A stretch of DNA of 64,000 bases from an uncultured delta proteobacterium (GTDB lineage: Bacteria; Myxococcota_A; UBA9160; SMWR01): assembly GCA_963832165.1 (NCBI GenBank), contig CAWHTE010000011.1, forward strand, positions 416,001 to 480,000. The letters run 5' to 3'. The position numbers were made by a program, and so were the translations under genes. The notes beneath the pieces are model-generated. The model was not told the DNA's origin, searched no databases, and saw only the letters and a list, made by a program, of their open reading frames with translations. This document shows, piece by piece, positions 9,190-20,141 of the stretch. Each line of letters begins with the position of its first letter. Position 1 is the stretch's first letter.

Positions 9190-11008
9190 CTAGTTCGATC
9201 CGCGCAATAGCTGCGCGGCGAGCGCCTCGGCCTGCTCGAGCAGCTCCTCGAGCAGGTCGAGGCCGCCGTTCCAGAACGCGGGATCGGCGATGTCGAGCCC
9301 GATCGCGGCGAGCAGGTGCTCCGGGGTATCGGAGCCGCCCGCCTCGAGCAGCGCCAGATAGCGCGGCACGAATCCGGCTCCCTCCTCGTCGTACCGGCGC
9401 AGCAGTGCGAGCACGAGCAGCTCGCCGAACGCGTAGGCATAACAGTAGAACGGCGAGTGTACGAAGTGGGGGATGTAGAGCCACCACCACGCGTAGTCGT
9501 CGGAGAGTGCGACCGAGTCGCCGAACATCGGCCGGTTCGAGTCCATCCAGAGCTCGTTCACGCGCTCGAGCGGCAGCTCGCCCTCCTCGCGCCGCGCCGT
9601 GTGGAGCGCCTGCTCGAAGCGCGTCATCGCGACCTGGCGGAACACGGTCGCGAACGCGTCCTCGAGCTTGCCGCACAGGAGTGCCAGGCGGACCTGCGGG
9701 TCGCTCTCCTCGCGCATCAAGCGCCGGAACACGAGCATCTCGCCGAACACGCTCGCGGTCTCGGCCGTGGTGAGTGGCGTGTCCTGCTCGAACAGACCCT
9801 GCACCGAAGCGAGCGACTGGTGCACGCCGTGGCCGAGCTCGTGAGCGACCGTCATCACGTCGCGCAGGTTGCTCCGTGTAGTTGAGCAGCACGTAGGGAT
9901 GAATCGAGGGAACCGTCGAGGCGGAGAACGCCCCGCCGCGTTTGCCCGGGCGCAGCTCTGCGTCGATCCAGCGCTCGTCGAAGAAGCGCTGCGCGATCTC
10001 GGCCATGCGCGGCGAGAAGTCGCGGTAGGCGCTCGTCACGATCTCGCGCGCCTCTGCGAAGCTGCGCTTCCCGTCGGCGCCGCCGAGCGGCGCATAGCGG
10101 TCGTAGTCGGCGAGCGCGGGCAGCCCGAGCAGGCGCGCCTTGAGGCGGTAGTAGCGCGCCACGAGGTCGTAGCGGCCGACACACGCGTCGAGCAGCGCAT
10201 CGACGCTCTCGCGGCGCGCCTCGTTGGCGAGGTGACGCGCGGCCATCGCGTGCGGATAGCTGCGCCGGCGATCGTCGGCGGCCTTGTCCTGGACCAGGAT
10301 GTTGAAGATGAATCCGAGCACGCGCGCGTTCGCGCGCAGCCCGGCCGACAGCCCGGCCGCCCCGGCGCGGCGCGTCTCGCGGTCGGGGTCGTAGAGCAGC
10401 GCGAGCGTCTCCTCCTCGGAGAGCTTCTGCACCTCGCCGCCGATCGTCACCTCGAACTGGAGGTCGGCCATGATCTGGTCGAACAGGCGGCTCCACGCGG
10501 CGCTGCCCGTGTTGTGGGCCTCGGCGAGCACGCGCTCCTCGGGCTCCGACAGCACGTGCTCGCGGTAGCGGCGCATTCCGGCGAGGTAGTGGCGGCGACG
10601 CGCGAGCTCGGGCTCGGCGAGCAGTGCCTCCGCGCGCTCGCTGTCGGCGGCCAGCCACTCGAGCTCGAAGAAGAGCAGTGCGTTGCGGATCTCGGTGCCG
10701 CGCTCCTGCACGTGCTGGAGCAGTGCGCCGTGACGCGGCGTCTGCGTGTCCGCCGCGAACAGGAGACCCGCGAACGCGCCCGCGCGCGCGGCGGGCTCCG
10801 AGATCGCTTCGATCTCGTCGACCGCGCGCGCGAGCTCTGCGGCGCCGAGCGACGCGACCCGGCCGCGATAGCGCTCCGCGAACGCGGTGGCGGCCGCGAG
10901 CACACCCGCGAGGTCCTTCTCGATCTGCGGGTCGTCGGGGCCCGCGTAGAGATGCGAGAGATCCCAGCGGACGCCCGCCGCAGAGCCGCCCGTTGCCGTT
11001 TCTGACAT
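9190..11008 (-). CDS. pepF: Oligoendopeptidase F (peptidase M3B); frameshift near 9870
   Basis: WDLSHLY N-terminus, RPGKRGGAFS, HPYVLLNY, then in another frame MTVAHELGHGVH (HExxH), AETASVFGE, YIPHFVHSPFYCYAYAFG. Confidence 0.88.
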
Positions 11009-11054
11009 GCATTCCTCGTCGGTGGGAGGCCGAGCATAGTACCCTCGCCGAGCC

Positions 11055-12293
11055 ATGCCGCCCCGTGTCGTGCTCCACGCCGATATGGACGCCTTCTACG
11101 CGTCGATCGAGCAGCGCGATCACCCGGAGCTGCGCGGTCGTCCCGTGGCGGTCGGGGGAGATGGACGACGCGGTGTGGTGTCGGCGGCGAGCTACGAGGC
11201 GCGCCGGTTCGGCGTGCACTCGGCGATGTCCAGCGTGGAGGCGCGGCGGCTCTGTCCCGAGCTCATCTTCGTGCGCGGCTCGATGCGGCGCTATGCGGCC
11301 GAGTCGAAGCGCATCTTCGAGATCTTCGGCCGCTTCACGCCGGTCGTGCAGGGACTGTCGCTCGACGAGGCGTTTCTCGACCTGAGCGGCACCGAGCGGC
11401 TGTTCGGCCCCGCGCGCGGAGTGGCCGAGGCGCTGCGCCGGGCCGTGCGCGACGAGACGCAGCTCGCGGTGTCGGTCGGCATCGCGCCCGTGAAGATGGT
11501 CGCGAAGATCGCGAGCGACCTCGCGAAGCCCGACGGTCTGCTCGAGGTGGCGCCCGCCGACGTGGCGGGCTTTCTCGAGCCGCTTCCGGTGCGCCGGATC
11601 TGGGGTGTGGGACCGGTTGCGGAGGAGCGCCTGCACGCAGCGGGCTTCACCACGATCGGCGAGCTCGTGCGCGCGGATCGGGTCGTGCTCGAGACGCGCT
11701 TCGGTGAATGGGGGCTCGCGCTGGCGCGGCTCGGACAGGGCCGCGATCTCTCCGAGGTGGATCCCTATCGCGACGCGGTCTCCTACAGCGAGGAGAACAC
11801 CTTCGCCGACGACGTGTCGTCACGCGAGGTGCTCGAGGCCGCGCTGATCACGCACGCTGAAGCCGTCGCGCAGCGGCTCCGGCGCGACCGGCTGCGCGCG
11901 CGTACCGTGGTGCTCAAGCTCAAGCTCTCACGGCGCGTCGCACCCGGGCCGCGCGGCTACCCGCTGCTCACGCGCCGCACCACGCTCGCGGAGCCCTCGG
12001 ACGACGGCGCGCTGCTCTCGCGGACCGCGGGCGAGCTGCTCACGCGCGCGGCGCTGCGCGAGCCGGTGCGCCTGCTCGGTGTGGGCGTCACGGGTCTGAT
12101 CAGCGCCGACACCGGTCAGCTCGCGCTGTTCGCATCCCCGCGCGACGCACGGCGCGAACGCCTGAACCGCGCGCTCGATGCGATCGCGGACCGCTTCGGC
12201 AGCGGCGCGATCGTGCGCGGCGACGCGAGGCCCGCCGCGCGTGCGGGCCTATCGCTGCAGCAGAAGCGCGGAGCGGATCCGAAGAATCGGTGA
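11055..12293 (+). CDS. dinB: DNA polymerase IV (Y family)
   Basis: HADMDAFYASIEQRD, SAASYEARRFGVHSAM, SLDEAFLD, AKIASDLAKPDG, VRLLGVG. Confidence 0.95.
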   Translation: MPPRVVLHADMDAFYASIEQRDHPELRGRPVAVGGDGRRGVVSAASYEARRFGVHSAMSSVEARRLCPELIFVRGSMRRYAAESKRIFEIFGRFTPVVQGLSLDEAFLDLSGTERLFGPARGVAEALRRAVRDETQLAVSVGIAPVKMVAKIASDLAKPDGLLEVAPADVAGFLEPLPVRRIWGVGPVAEERLHAAGFTTIGELVRADRVVLETRFGEWGLALARLGQGRDLSEVDPYRDAVSYSEENTFADDVSSREVLEAALITHAEAVAQRLRRDRLRARTVVLKLKLSRRVAPGPRGYPLLTRRTTLAEPSDDGALLSRTAGELLTRAALREPVRLLGVGVTGLISADTGQLALFASPRDARRERLNRALDAIADRFGSGAIVRGDARPAARAGLSLQQKRGADPKNR

Positions 12294-12335
12294 CGGACCG
12301 CGCGCCTCGCGGAGTGCGCGGTTATGATGCCGGCC

Positions 12336-13670
12336 ATGGTGGGTCAGGAAGACCACGCAATCGACGAGGGTCTGCGCGCCGACGATCTGCGCGAGATCTG
12401 GAGCTTCGCCAACCCGGAAGAGAAGGTGGAGGGATTCCTCTCGCTCTCGTTCACCGAGGCCGAGGCGCTGTTCCTCTCGCTCGACACGCGCGCACAGGGC
12501 GAGCTGCTCTTCGCTCTACCCGCGAACGAGCGCAAGCTCTGGGTGCGGCAGCTGCCCCCGGACGATGCTGCCGACGTGTGCCAGAAGGCGCCTCCGGAGA
12601 CGCGCGACGCGCTGCTGCAGCTGCTCGACGATGCGACGCGCAAGGAGGTGTTGGCGCTGCTCGCCTATGCCGAGGACGAGGCGGGCGGGCTGATGAGCCC
12701 GCGCTATGTCCGGCTCCGCCCGGACATGAACGTGGACGAGGCGATCAAGTACCTGCGCCGCGCCGCGCGCGAGCGGGCCGAGACGATCTACTACATCTAC
12801 GTGCTCGATTCCGAGCAGCGGCTGGTCGGCGTGGTGTCTTTCCGCGAGCTGTTCAGCGCGGCGCCCGAGCGCACGGTGCGCGACGTGATGCGCGATGGCG
12901 TGCTCTCGGTGCCCGAAGACCTCGACCAGGAAGCGGTCGCCAACGTGATGGCCGAGAGCAAGCTCATGGCGGTGCCCGTGGTCGACGCGCAGGGCCGGAT
13001 CAAGGGCATCGTGACGGTCGACGACATCGTCGACGTCGTGCGCGAAGAGGCGACCGAGGACATCCAGAAGATCGGCGGCAGCGCCGCGCTCGACGCACCC
13101 TATCTCGAGGTTGGCATTGGGGGGCTGGTGCGGAAGCGCGCGGGCTGGCTCACCGTGCTGTTCCTGGGTCAGCTCCTCACGGCCACCGCGATGGCCTACT
13201 ACGAGGACGCGATCGCGCGAGCAGTCGTTCTCGCTCTCTTCATCCCCCTGATCATTTCGAGCGGCGGCAACTCGGGCTCGCAGGCGAGCACGCTCGTGAT
13301 CCGAGCACTCGCGATGGAGGAGGTGCGCCTGCGCGATTGGTGGCGCGTGTTCGTGCGCGAGCTCGGCACGGGTCTGCTACTCGGACTGATCCTGGGGCTG
13401 ATCGGTCTGTTGCGCATCGTGCTGTGGCCGACGCGCGAGTCGCTCTACGGCGAACACTTCGTGCTGATCGGGCTCACGGTCGCCGTGAGTCTGGTCTGGA
13501 TCGTGGTGTGGGGATCGATCGCCGGATCGATGCTCCCATTCGTTCTGCACCGGTTCGGATTCGACCCTGCGAGCGCGTCGGCGCCGTTCGTCGCGACGCT
13601 CGTCGACGTGACGGGCCTCGTGATCTATTTCAGCGTCGCGACGCTGTTCCTGTCCGGAACGCTCTTGTAG
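12336..13670 (+). CDS. mgtE: Magnesium transporter MgtE
   Basis: AGGLMSP, tandem CBS domains, GIVTVDDIVD, SGGNSGSQ, DPASASAPFVATLVDVTG. Start placed at ATG 12336, 7 nt after TATGAT. Confidence 0.93.
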   Translation: MVGQEDHAIDEGLRADDLREIWSFANPEEKVEGFLSLSFTEAEALFLSLDTRAQGELLFALPANERKLWVRQLPPDDAADVCQKAPPETRDALLQLLDDATRKEVLALLAYAEDEAGGLMSPRYVRLRPDMNVDEAIKYLRRAARERAETIYYIYVLDSEQRLVGVVSFRELFSAAPERTVRDVMRDGVLSVPEDLDQEAVANVMAESKLMAVPVVDAQGRIKGIVTVDDIVDVVREEATEDIQKIGGSAALDAPYLEVGIGGLVRKRAGWLTVLFLGQLLTATAMAYYEDAIARAVVLALFIPLIISSGGNSGSQASTLVIRALAMEEVRLRDWWRVFVRELGTGLLLGLILGLIGLLRIVLWPTRESLYGEHFVLIGLTVAVSLVWIVVWGSIAGSMLPFVLHRFGFDPASASAPFVATLVDVTGLVIYFSVATLFLSGTLL

Positions 13671-13672
13671 CG

Positions 13673-14293
13673 CTACGCGGAGACTGCGCGAGGCGCGCTC
13701 GCGTCGTGCTTCTCCCAGCGATAGATCCGCATCGGGGGCACGTTGAGCAGCTCGGTCTGGACACGCGCGCGGCCGAATACCTCGCGGCCGAGCATGTGCA
13801 CGCGGTCGCGCACCTGATAGGCGACGAACGCGCCGCCGGGCGAGAGCGCATCGTAGACGGAGCGCAGGATGTCGCGGCCGATCGGCATCGCCATGGTCGA
13901 GAACGGGATGCCCGAGACGATCACATCGGGTGTGGGAAGGCCGCGCGCCGCGAGGATCGCGCTGATGTCGACCGCGCTGCCCTGTTCCACGATCAGGCGC
14001 TTGTCGGGCCAGCGGTCGAGGACCTCGACGAAGTGCGGGTTGATCTCGATCGCAAGCAGCTGCGCCTCGGGCTGCATCGCGCGTAGGAGTGCGCGCGTGG
14101 TGCCGCCGGTGCCGGGGCCGAGCTCGACGATCAGCCGGGCGCGGTGTGCGCGCGTGGCGCGCGTGACGCGGCGCTCGAGGAAGCGCGAGCTCGGGATGAT
14201 CGAGCCCACCTGCATCGGCCGCTTGAGAAAGCCTCGAAAGAAGGCGAAGCGGTCGTCAGGCTGCAGTTTCAGTGAGCGATTCGTCTCGGGCAC
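13673..14293 (-). CDS. Phospholipid N-methyltransferase PmtA-like (class I SAM methyltransferase)
   Basis: FFRGFLKRPMQVGSIIPSSRFL, VELGPGTG, IVSGIPF, FVAYQ, LLNVPP. GGAGG RBS before GTG 14293. Confidence 0.8.
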   Translation of the reverse strand: MPETNRSLKLQPDDRFAFFRGFLKRPMQVGSIIPSSRFLERRVTRATRAHRARLIVELGPGTGGTTRALLRAMQPEAQLLAIEINPHFVEVLDRWPDKRLIVEQGSAVDISAILAARGLPTPDVIVSGIPFSTMAMPIGRDILRSVYDALSPGGAFVAYQVRDRVHMLGREVFGRARVQTELLNVPPMRIYRWEKHDASAPRAVSA

Positions 14294-14372
14294 TAGGCGA
14301 TCCTCCCGGGAAAGCGCACCCCTCCGGGCGCGAAGTCGCGCACTGTATAGCCAATCTCCCTTCCATCTTGCT

Positions 14373-15932
14373 TCAATCGTACAGGGCGTCGATCTGCCAC
14401 TCGCGGCGGACGTGGTCGAAGCGCAGCCGAACCACCACACCGTCTTCGCTTTGAACGTCGAACTGATCGAAGGCAAAGCGCTCTTCGGGCGACCACCAGC
14501 CGCCCGTAGTGCGCCAGGGGCCGGCACAGCGCACCACGCGTCCGTTCGCGACCGCGCTGCGGATCCACGCCGGGGACTGCTGCTCTCGGCGCACCACGGC
14601 GGGGACCGGCGGCCGCAGCGCGCGCAGCGCGAGTGCGCCCGTGAAGGACCGCTCCCGCTCGGACGCCGTGCGCGGCGCGGTCGGCGCGAACGGAGCGAGT
14701 GCGAAGGCATCGGGGTGATGGGTATCGACAGCCACGGGTGCGCCCACGCGCGCATCGCCGCACAGGCTCCGCAGCGCGGCGAGCGTCTCGCCGAGCACCG
14801 CCGGGGCTGGCCCGGCAGGGCGGAACAGGTCGAGCTGATCGCGGCGCAAGGGGCTGGCGCGGGTCACGACGCGCACGCCCGCGGCCGGCGCTGCGAGTGG
14901 GCGCGCTTCGAGCGCGTGGCGTGTTAGGCGGACCAGCACGCGCAGGTCGGCGCACGGCGCAGCCATGCCGACCCGGCGCACGTCGCGCGCGCCGTCGGCG
15001 AGATCGAGCGAGAGATCGAGATCTCCGCAGCCCAGGTGCCGAACGCCGAGCCGCTCGAGCAGGCGCGAGAGCAGGCCCTGCAGCACGAACAGGAGCGGCT
15101 CGAGGCGGTCGATCGGCGCTTCCAGATCGATCGCCTCCACGAGCTGCAGCTCGCGCGCTTCGGGCAGCGGCACCTCGGTTGCCTCGCCGCGCGCCATCTG
15201 GATCAACTCGAGAGCGCTCGTGCCGAGCCGGGTGGCGAGGCCGCGGCGCGGCAGTGCGAGCAGGTCGCGCACCGTGTGAACGCCGAAGCGCGTGAGCGCT
15301 TCGGCGAGCGCATCGCCGGGATCGAGCAGATCGATCGACAGCGGTGCGAGGAAGGCGCGTTCGCGCTCCGGGGGCAGGGCGAGCACCCGGCCTCCCGCAT
15401 CCTCTTCGTTCTCGGATCGACACGGAGAGGTGTCAGTCGAAGTGGCGAGCTGGCGCACGGCGATGCGCGCCACGCCGCACGACGAGGCCACCGCCACGTC
15501 GGCGGGCAGGCCGAGTGCGAGGATTCGCGCGGCGAGCGCGGTGGCGAAGCCGGCTTCCGAGCGGAACAGCGCTCCGGTGCCCTCGGCATCGACGAAGACG
15601 GCGGCCTCGGTGGCGAAGACGCCGCCGCAGCGCGGCGCGAGCGCGGCGCGCGGTGCACACGAGAAGGCGGCATCGAGCAGCGTGTCGCGGGCGGCCTGCT
15701 CGAGCGCCGGGGAGGCCACGCGCACCGCGAGCCCTGCGCACAGGCTGCGCGCGTGGGCGGCGCTGGTTCCCGCGCACACGCCCGCGCGCGCCGCCGCTCG
15801 CGACACACACAAGAGCTCGGCGCGCGGACTCGCGCCGTCGGCGATCGCGAGCGGGCGGCCGTGCAGCTCCGGGTGCGCGCGCAGCTCGGCCGAGAGCGGC
15901 AGGTCGGCCACGCGCGCGCACGCGATCCTCAT
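14373..15932 (-). CDS. imuB: ImuB, inactive Y-family polymerase of the mutasome
   Basis: Degenerate Y-family fold lacking the catalytic acidic motifs, QLDLF beta-clamp motif, C-terminal GPWRTTGGWW...YD. ATGA overlap with imuA. Confidence 0.88.
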   Translation of the reverse strand: MRIACARVADLPLSAELRAHPELHGRPLAIADGASPRAELLCVSRAAARAGVCAGTSAAHARSLCAGLAVRVASPALEQAARDTLLDAAFSCAPRAALAPRCGGVFATEAAVFVDAEGTGALFRSEAGFATALAARILALGLPADVAVASSCGVARIAVRQLATSTDTSPCRSENEEDAGGRVLALPPERERAFLAPLSIDLLDPGDALAEALTRFGVHTVRDLLALPRRGLATRLGTSALELIQMARGEATEVPLPEARELQLVEAIDLEAPIDRLEPLLFVLQGLLSRLLERLGVRHLGCGDLDLSLDLADGARDVRRVGMAAPCADLRVLVRLTRHALEARPLAAPAAGVRVVTRASPLRRDQLDLFRPAGPAPAVLGETLAALRSLCGDARVGAPVAVDTHHPDAFALAPFAPTAPRTASERERSFTGALALRALRPPVPAVVRREQQSPAWIRSAVANGRVVRCAGPWRTTGGWWSPEERFAFDQFDVQSEDGVVVRLRFDHVRREWQIDALYD

Positions 15933-16627
15933 TCTTCCGCAGCGGCGCGCAACTGCACCGCGGCCGGAGGCCCCGGCCGCCCGCGGCGCTGGCGCGCGAT
16001 CGCCACCTCGATCTCCAGCCCTTCGAACAGGCTCGGGGTACCCGTGAAGCGGGCGCGGGTCGGCAGGAGCTGCAGCGCGAGGTCGGCGTTGGAGCCCGTG
16101 ACCCGCCGCAGCGAGACCACGATCAGCGCGGTTCCCCCCGCCGCCGCAGCGCGCGTGAGGCGCTGCCAGGTGGCCGCGGGCAGCGACTCCCACTCCGCGT
16201 CGCATCCCGCCGCGTCGAGCAGCACCGCTGCGAAGCCGCGCGCCCGGAGCAGGCGCTCGCTCGCGCGCACGGCCGCGGAGACACCCGGTGGGCGCGCCCA
16301 CAGCACCCGCTCGAGCTGCACCCCCGCACTGCGCGCGGACGCGGGGTGGAACGCGTCGGCGGAGTCGACCACCGCGACCACCTCTCCGGCCTCGGTCGCG
16401 CGCGCGAGCAGCGCGAGCGCCAGCGAGGTGCGGCCCGAGGAGGGCGGCCCGTGGAACTCGCACAGGCGGCCGCGCGCGAGCCCTCCGCCCAGCAGCGCAT
16501 CGAGCGCCGGAATGCCCGTCGCCAGATCGACGCGGGGCTCGCGGTCGGATCCTCCGCGCCGCACCTCGGACCCGAGGTCGTGCAGCAGGCGCGCGAGATC
16601 AGGACGCTCGGGGGAGGGGAGAGGCAT
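15929..16627 (-). CDS. imuA: ImuA, RecA-like mutasome subunit
   Basis: TGIPALDALLGGGLARG, GPPSSGRTSL degenerate Walker A, AVVD..DAFHP..A..AGV.LERVLW. Directly upstream of imuB. Confidence 0.85.
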   Translation of the reverse strand: MPLPSPERPDLARLLHDLGSEVRRGGSDREPRVDLATGIPALDALLGGGLARGRLCEFHGPPSSGRTSLALALLARATEAGEVVAVVDSADAFHPASARSAGVQLERVLWARPPGVSAAVRASERLLRARGFAAVLLDAAGCDAEWESLPAATWQRLTRAAAAGGTALIVVSLRRVTGSNADLALQLLPTRARFTGTPSLFEGLEIEVAIARQRRGRPGPPAAVQLRAAAEE

Positions 16628-16636
16628 GGGAGGCCT

Positions 16637-16665
16637 ATTTTCGTCTTATATTCGCCTCCCGGCAA
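16637..16665 (-). promoter_or_regulatory. imuAB promoter/operator: TTGCCG-17 bp-GAAAAT with CGAA-N7-CGAA direct repeat (putative SOS box)
   Basis: Minus strand reads TTGCCGGGAGGCGAATATAAGACGAAAAT-9 nt-ATG; near-identical to 9091-9119. Confidence 0.75.
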
Positions 16666-16672
16666 CTTCCGT

Positions 16673-17293
16673 CTATCGGCCCTCTTTGATCCTCACCCGC
16701 CTTCCCTCGACGGCGAGCCGCCCTTCGGCGATCAGCCGGATCGCCTCGGGCACCAGCCGGCGCTCCGCGGCCTGTACGCGCGCGGCCAGCGTCTCGGGGG
16801 TGTCGTCGTCGCTTACCCGCACCGCTTCCTGGAGGATGATCGGCCCGTGGTCGTACTCGTCGTCGGCGAAGTGGACCGTCGCGCCCGTCACCTTCACTCC
16901 CGCCTCGAGTACCGCCTCGTGCACGCGGTGGCCGTAGAAGCCGTGGCCCGAGAATGCGGGGATCAGTGCCGGGTGCACGTTGATCACGCGGCCCGCGAAG
17001 CGATCGCGCGGCTCGAACGGGGAAAGGAAGCCGAGCAGCGCGACGAGGTCGATTTCGAAGGGCGCGAGCGCGCGGTGCAGCGCATCGTTGAACGAGCGCA
17101 CGTCGCCGTGCTCGCGCCGCGGCACCGCGAGCGCGGGCACCCCGCGCCGCGCCGCGCGCGCGAGCCCGCCGGCGGTCGATTTCGAGGCGATCACCACTGC
17201 GACGCGCGCGGGCAGCCCCGAATCGATGTGCTCGAACAGGTTTTCGAGGCTGGTTCCCTCGCCCGAGAGCAACACGGCAACCTGCAACGGCAC
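16673..17293 (-). CDS. purN: Phosphoribosylglycinamide formyltransferase
   Basis: VLLSGEGTSL, INVHPALIPAFSG.G.YG..VH, TGATVHF.D..YDHGPII.Q. Confidence 0.93.
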   Translation of the reverse strand: MPLQVAVLLSGEGTSLENLFEHIDSGLPARVAVVIASKSTAGGLARAARRGVPALAVPRREHGDVRSFNDALHRALAPFEIDLVALLGFLSPFEPRDRFAGRVINVHPALIPAFSGHGFYGHRVHEAVLEAGVKVTGATVHFADDEYDHGPIILQEAVRVSDDDTPETLAARVQAAERRLVPEAIRLIAEGRLAVEGRRVRIKEGR

Positions 17294-17348
17294 GCGCGCA
17301 GTCTACCTTCAAACGAATTAGAATGCGCCGCTCGCTCGGAGGTCCCCG

Positions 17349-18284
17349 TTGTCGATCCTCGTATCCGGCTCAGTCGCGCTCGATCACATCATGGTGTTCC
17401 CGGACCGGTTCGCGAACCACATCCTGCCGGATCAGGTGCACGCGCTGAACGTCTCGTTCAACATCACGAGCCTCGACACCCACTTCGGCGGCGTCGCCGC
17501 GAACATCGCCTACCACCTGCGCAAGCTCGGCGCCGATCCGCTGATCCTCGCCGCGGTCGGATCCGACTTCGGCCCCTACGCCGCGTGGCTCGACCGCCAC
17601 CAGATCCGCCGCGACGGCATCGTGGTGTTCGACGATGTGCGCACGCCGCAGGGCTTCGTGACCACCGACCGCGAGGATTGCCAGATCTGGGCGTTCTACG
17701 AGGGGGCGATGGCGCGCGCGCACGAGGCCCGCGTCGAGAGCGTCTCTTCGCCGCTCGAGCTCGCGATCGTCTCCGCGAACGGCAAGCGCGCGATGCTCGA
17801 GCACGCGCGCGCGCTCAAGCGGCGCGGCGTTCCGACCTACATCGATCCGAGCCACGGTCTGCCGATCCTGTCGGGCGCAGAGCTGCTCGAGCTGATCGAA
17901 GGCTCGGCCGGCTACTTCGTGAACGACTACGAGTGGAAGCTCACGCTCGAGCAGACCGGCGTCTCCGAAGCGGAAATCGCGGCGCGCTGCGGGAGCGTGA
18001 TCATCACGTACGGCGCCGACGGTTCCGAGATTCACACCGGACGCGAATCGCTGCGGATTCCTCCGGTCGAGCCGAAACGCGTCGCCGACCCGACCGGCTG
18101 CGGTGACGCCTATCGCGCGGGCTACTTGTTCGGGATCGCGAACCGAGCGCCCGTCGACGTCGCGGGCCGGCTCGGGAGTCTGCTCGGCAGCTGGCAGGTG
18201 GAGGTCGAGGGCGCGCAGGCGCTCACCTACGACCTCGCCGCGGTACGCGCGCGCTATGCCGAGGTGTTTGGCGGGAGCTTCTAG
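17349..18284 (+). CDS. PfkB-family carbohydrate/nucleoside kinase (adenosine kinase-like)
   Basis: GSVALD, FGGVAANIAY, NDYE, DPTGCGDAYRAG. GGAGG RBS. Confidence 0.88.
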   Translation: MSILVSGSVALDHIMVFPDRFANHILPDQVHALNVSFNITSLDTHFGGVAANIAYHLRKLGADPLILAAVGSDFGPYAAWLDRHQIRRDGIVVFDDVRTPQGFVTTDREDCQIWAFYEGAMARAHEARVESVSSPLELAIVSANGKRAMLEHARALKRRGVPTYIDPSHGLPILSGAELLELIEGSAGYFVNDYEWKLTLEQTGVSEAEIAARCGSVIITYGADGSEIHTGRESLRIPPVEPKRVADPTGCGDAYRAGYLFGIANRAPVDVAGRLGSLLGSWQVEVEGAQALTYDLAAVRARYAEVFGGSF

Positions 18285-19087
18285 TCTTCGAGCCACACGC
18301 ACGCAGTCGACACGTTGTCTCCGGCGGCGTTCGCGCGCTGCGCGGCCAGTGCGTGTTCGACGACGCCGCGCGCCGCGGCGAGCGGGCGCAGGTCCGCGCT
18401 CTGCTGGCTTGCAGCGGCGACGCTCTGCGCGACCGCGCGCGGCGGATCGGCCACGCCGATCCCGGCTTCGGAGAGGCCGTCGGTCGCGAGCACGATCGCG
18501 CGCGGCAGCCCGAACTCGAGCGCACAGCGCACGCCGCGCTCGATGCCGGCGCGGTCGAGGCGCGCATCGCCCACGAACGTGACGTCGTCGGGTCCGGCGG
18601 GGCAGGGCTCGCGCGCGATCTTCGCCGCATCCACGCTGTACAGGTGGCTGTCGCCGATCAGCATCGCCGCCCACCAGCCCTCGCGCGGTCGCACGAGACC
18701 GAGCGCGAGCGTCGTGCGGCCGATCGGATGCTTCGGATCGACCGCGAGCAGCGTGCGGTTGAGGTCCTGCGCCACATCGGGCGCCTCGAGGAACCAGCGA
18801 TCGGAGAGCGCGATCGCGCCCGGGGAGGTCCAGCGCGGTGCGTGCCGTTGGAGCAGGCGGTCGAGTGCGTGCTCGGCGCCGCCGCTGCCCCAGTGGCCGT
18901 CGGCCACCGCGATCAGCCAGGCGTGCTCGGTCCACGCGAATGCGCACGCATCCTCGTTCGGATCGCGGTGGTCGTAGGTCTTCGCGGCGCCCCCGCGCGA
19001 GAGCGCGATTGCGACGCGGCGCTCTGCGAGCGTCGCCACGGCCCCGAGCAGCAGGTGCTCGCGACCGCGCAGGATGCCGGTGCGCAT
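18281..19087 (-). CDS. PP2C/SpoIIE-like phosphatase domain protein
   Basis: NEDA, AVADGHWG, IGDS, LATDGL, GDNVS motifs. Confidence 0.78.
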   Translation of the reverse strand: MRTGILRGREHLLLGAVATLAERRVAIALSRGGAAKTYDHRDPNEDACAFAWTEHAWLIAVADGHWGSGGAEHALDRLLQRHAPRWTSPGAIALSDRWFLEAPDVAQDLNRTLLAVDPKHPIGRTTLALGLVRPREGWWAAMLIGDSHLYSVDAAKIAREPCPAGPDDVTFVGDARLDRAGIERGVRCALEFGLPRAIVLATDGLSEAGIGVADPPRAVAQSVAAASQQSADLRPLAAARGVVEHALAAQRANAAGDNVSTACVWLED

Positions 19088-19172
19088 GCGAGGCGACTCC
19101 GCGACGGAAGGGGCGGCGAGTATATCCGCCCGGCCAGGATTGGCCCGATGCAGGGCGAGCGCGCGGGCTGCG

Positions 19173-20067
<895 letters not shown>

Positions 20068-20141
20068 GACTACCTCCTCGTCGCCCGGTCCTCGGGCGGC
20101 GGAACGCTAGGCAGCACATCGGCAGGTCGCAGCGCACGGGG

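Noticed and set aside
11009..11054. SOS-type operator upstream of dinB
   Set aside because: No CGAA-N7-CGAA or other recognisable LexA box in the short pepF/dinB divergent spacer.
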